Shown piece after piece: positions 33,672-34,889 of a stretch of DNA of 34,889 bases; position 1 is the stretch's first letter, and each line of letters opens with the position of its first letter. The stretch spans positions 1 through 34,889 of the forward strand of contig CAMUNJ010000001.1 of assembly GCA_947090235.1 (NCBI GenBank). The letters are read 5' to 3'. Made by a program: the position numbers and the translations under genes. The stretch is from an uncultured Bacillota bacterium (lineage in GTDB: Bacteria; Bacillota; Clostridia; Christensenellales; UBA1242). The notes below the pieces were generated by a model. It was not told the DNA's origin and searched no databases. It saw nothing but the letters and a program-made list of their open reading frames with translations.

Positions 33672-34772
33672 ATGTTAATCACTTGTCAAGGTTTAGAACT
33701 TTCTGACGCTTTTATTAGAGTTAGCAAAGCAATTTCAAATAAGATTACAAACCCTATTTTGGAAGGTATAAAAATTATTGCAGAAGACGGAACTCTTACT
33801 ATGAGTGCCACAGATACAGAACTTTCTATTGAAAAGAAAATTAAAGCAGAAGTTAAAATTGAAGGTGAAACTGTAGTTCCTGGAAGATTTATAACTGAGT
33901 TTGTAAAAAACTTAACAAATAGCCAAATTCAACTTGAAGTTAATGAAAAAAATCAATTGACAATCCGTTATGAAGATAGTGAAAGTGTAATACAATGTTA
34001 TAATCCTGTTGAATATCCTGGATTTAAAAAAGTTAGAACAGAGGAATTTTTTGGAATTACAAAAAAGGATTTTAAAAGTGCGGTAAGTAAAAGTATTTTT
34101 TCTGTTGCTGTTGACGACTCACGTCCAATCTTGAAAGGTGTTTTATTTGATATCAACAACAAAGAACTTAGTGTTGTTGCTCTTGATGGTTATAGACTTG
34201 CAAGAATAAATAAAAAAATAACTTCAAATATAAAAAAATCTATAGTTATTCCAGCAAGAAGTTTGAATGAAATTAGCAAACTTATTGACGATAGTGATGA
34301 CATAATAAATATTTACATTGATGATTACACTATCATGATTGATCTTGGAGACACAAAAATAACTTCTCGTCTACTCGAAGGAGATTATATCAATTATAAA
34401 CAAATTATTCCAGTAAATTATGAAACTTTCGTTATTTTAAATACCGAACAATTCCAAGAAGCTTTAGAGAGAGCAACATTGCTATCAAAGGCTTCTCAAA
34501 ATAACTTTGTTAAGTTTGATATTCGCGAAAACAATTTATGTATAACTTCTAACTCAGAACTTGGAAATATTAAAGAAAATATTCCTGTCACAGTTACTGG
34601 AAAAGATCTTGTTATATCTTTCAATCCAAGATATTTCCTTGAAAGTTTGAGAGTAAATTCAAATGAGTTTGTTAAAATTTGTTTTAATAAATCTTCAACA
34701 CCTTGTGTTATTGTTCCAACTGAGGAAGACGAATTTTTATATCTCATTCTTCCAGTTAGAGTTATTGGATAG
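33672..34772 (+). CDS. dnaN: DNA polymerase III beta sliding clamp
   Basis: 366 aa from ATG 33672 (AGGAGA RBS). NPILEGIKIIAEDGTLTMSATDTELSI, DDSRPILKGVLF, VALDGYRLA, SRLLEGDYINYKQIIP, LILPVRV. The track start at 33612 lies inside the promoter. Confidence 0.93.
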   Translation: MLITCQGLELSDAFIRVSKAISNKITNPILEGIKIIAEDGTLTMSATDTELSIEKKIKAEVKIEGETVVPGRFITEFVKNLTNSQIQLEVNEKNQLTIRYEDSESVIQCYNPVEYPGFKKVRTEEFFGITKKDFKSAVSKSIFSVAVDDSRPILKGVLFDINNKELSVVALDGYRLARINKKITSNIKKSIVIPARSLNEISKLIDDSDDIINIYIDDYTIMIDLGDTKITSRLLEGDYINYKQIIPVNYETFVILNTEQFQEALERATLLSKASQNNFVKFDIRENNLCITSNSELGNIKENIPVTVTGKDLVISFNPRYFLESLRVNSNEFVKICFNKSSTPCVIVPTEEDEFLYLILPVRVIG

Positions 34773-34889
34773 AATCCAAATGTTGCACGATTATAAACAA
34801 ACAGATATAAAAATCAAATATTATTCATTCAACTAAAAAAGGGTGGTATTACTAACCTTTTATCGTTAAAAAAAACAAAAGAAAACTAA

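Noticed and set aside
1-34889. Looked for CRISPR arrays, rRNA genes, IS transposases, retron/DGR-type reverse transcriptases and long tandem repeats
   Set aside because: None seen. There are no regularly spaced direct repeats, no rRNA-like conserved blocks, and no transposase or RT motifs in any of the listed ORFs.

Overview
AT-rich Firmicutes-type (endospore-former) chromosome segment spanning the replication origin. dnaA (32007-33359), a DnaA-box cluster with an AT-rich tract (33351-33560) and dnaN (33672-34772) lie at the right end; recF sits upstream on the opposite strand. Core content: a T-box-controlled operon of an archaeal-type aspS plus asnS, uvrA, an RluA-type pseudouridine synthase, sporulation genes (yabP, yabQ-like, cwlD-like amidase, ytaF-like, and a receiver-less Spo0A C-terminal-domain protein), tRNA-Asn(GUU), and several lipoproteins and membrane proteins. 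The clear accessory region is a ~9.25-kb integrative element (7048-16310). It splits a tRNA-Arg(CCU) gene at the anticodon loop and carries its own intact tRNA-Arg(CCU). It encodes a tyrosine integrase, an Xis-like HTH, two XRE regulators with palindromic operators, and an HUH rolling-circle Rep. Its cargo is a KAP P-loop NTPase, an 8-TM SHOCT-domain membrane protein, a 4-repeat miniprotein and an unknown 260-aa protein. Three further loci deserve a second look. One is a translationally coupled ATP-grasp plus radical-SAM pair with no visible precursor peptide (25326-27348). The second is an NrtR-like Nudix regulator next to a P-loop-kinase::CYTH fusion, both preceded by the same 7-5-7 palindrome (19288-21141). 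The third is a coiled-coil gene cut by an in-frame TAA followed by 44 open, protein-like codons (23160-24383). All functional calls rest on motifs read by eye; no database searches were run.
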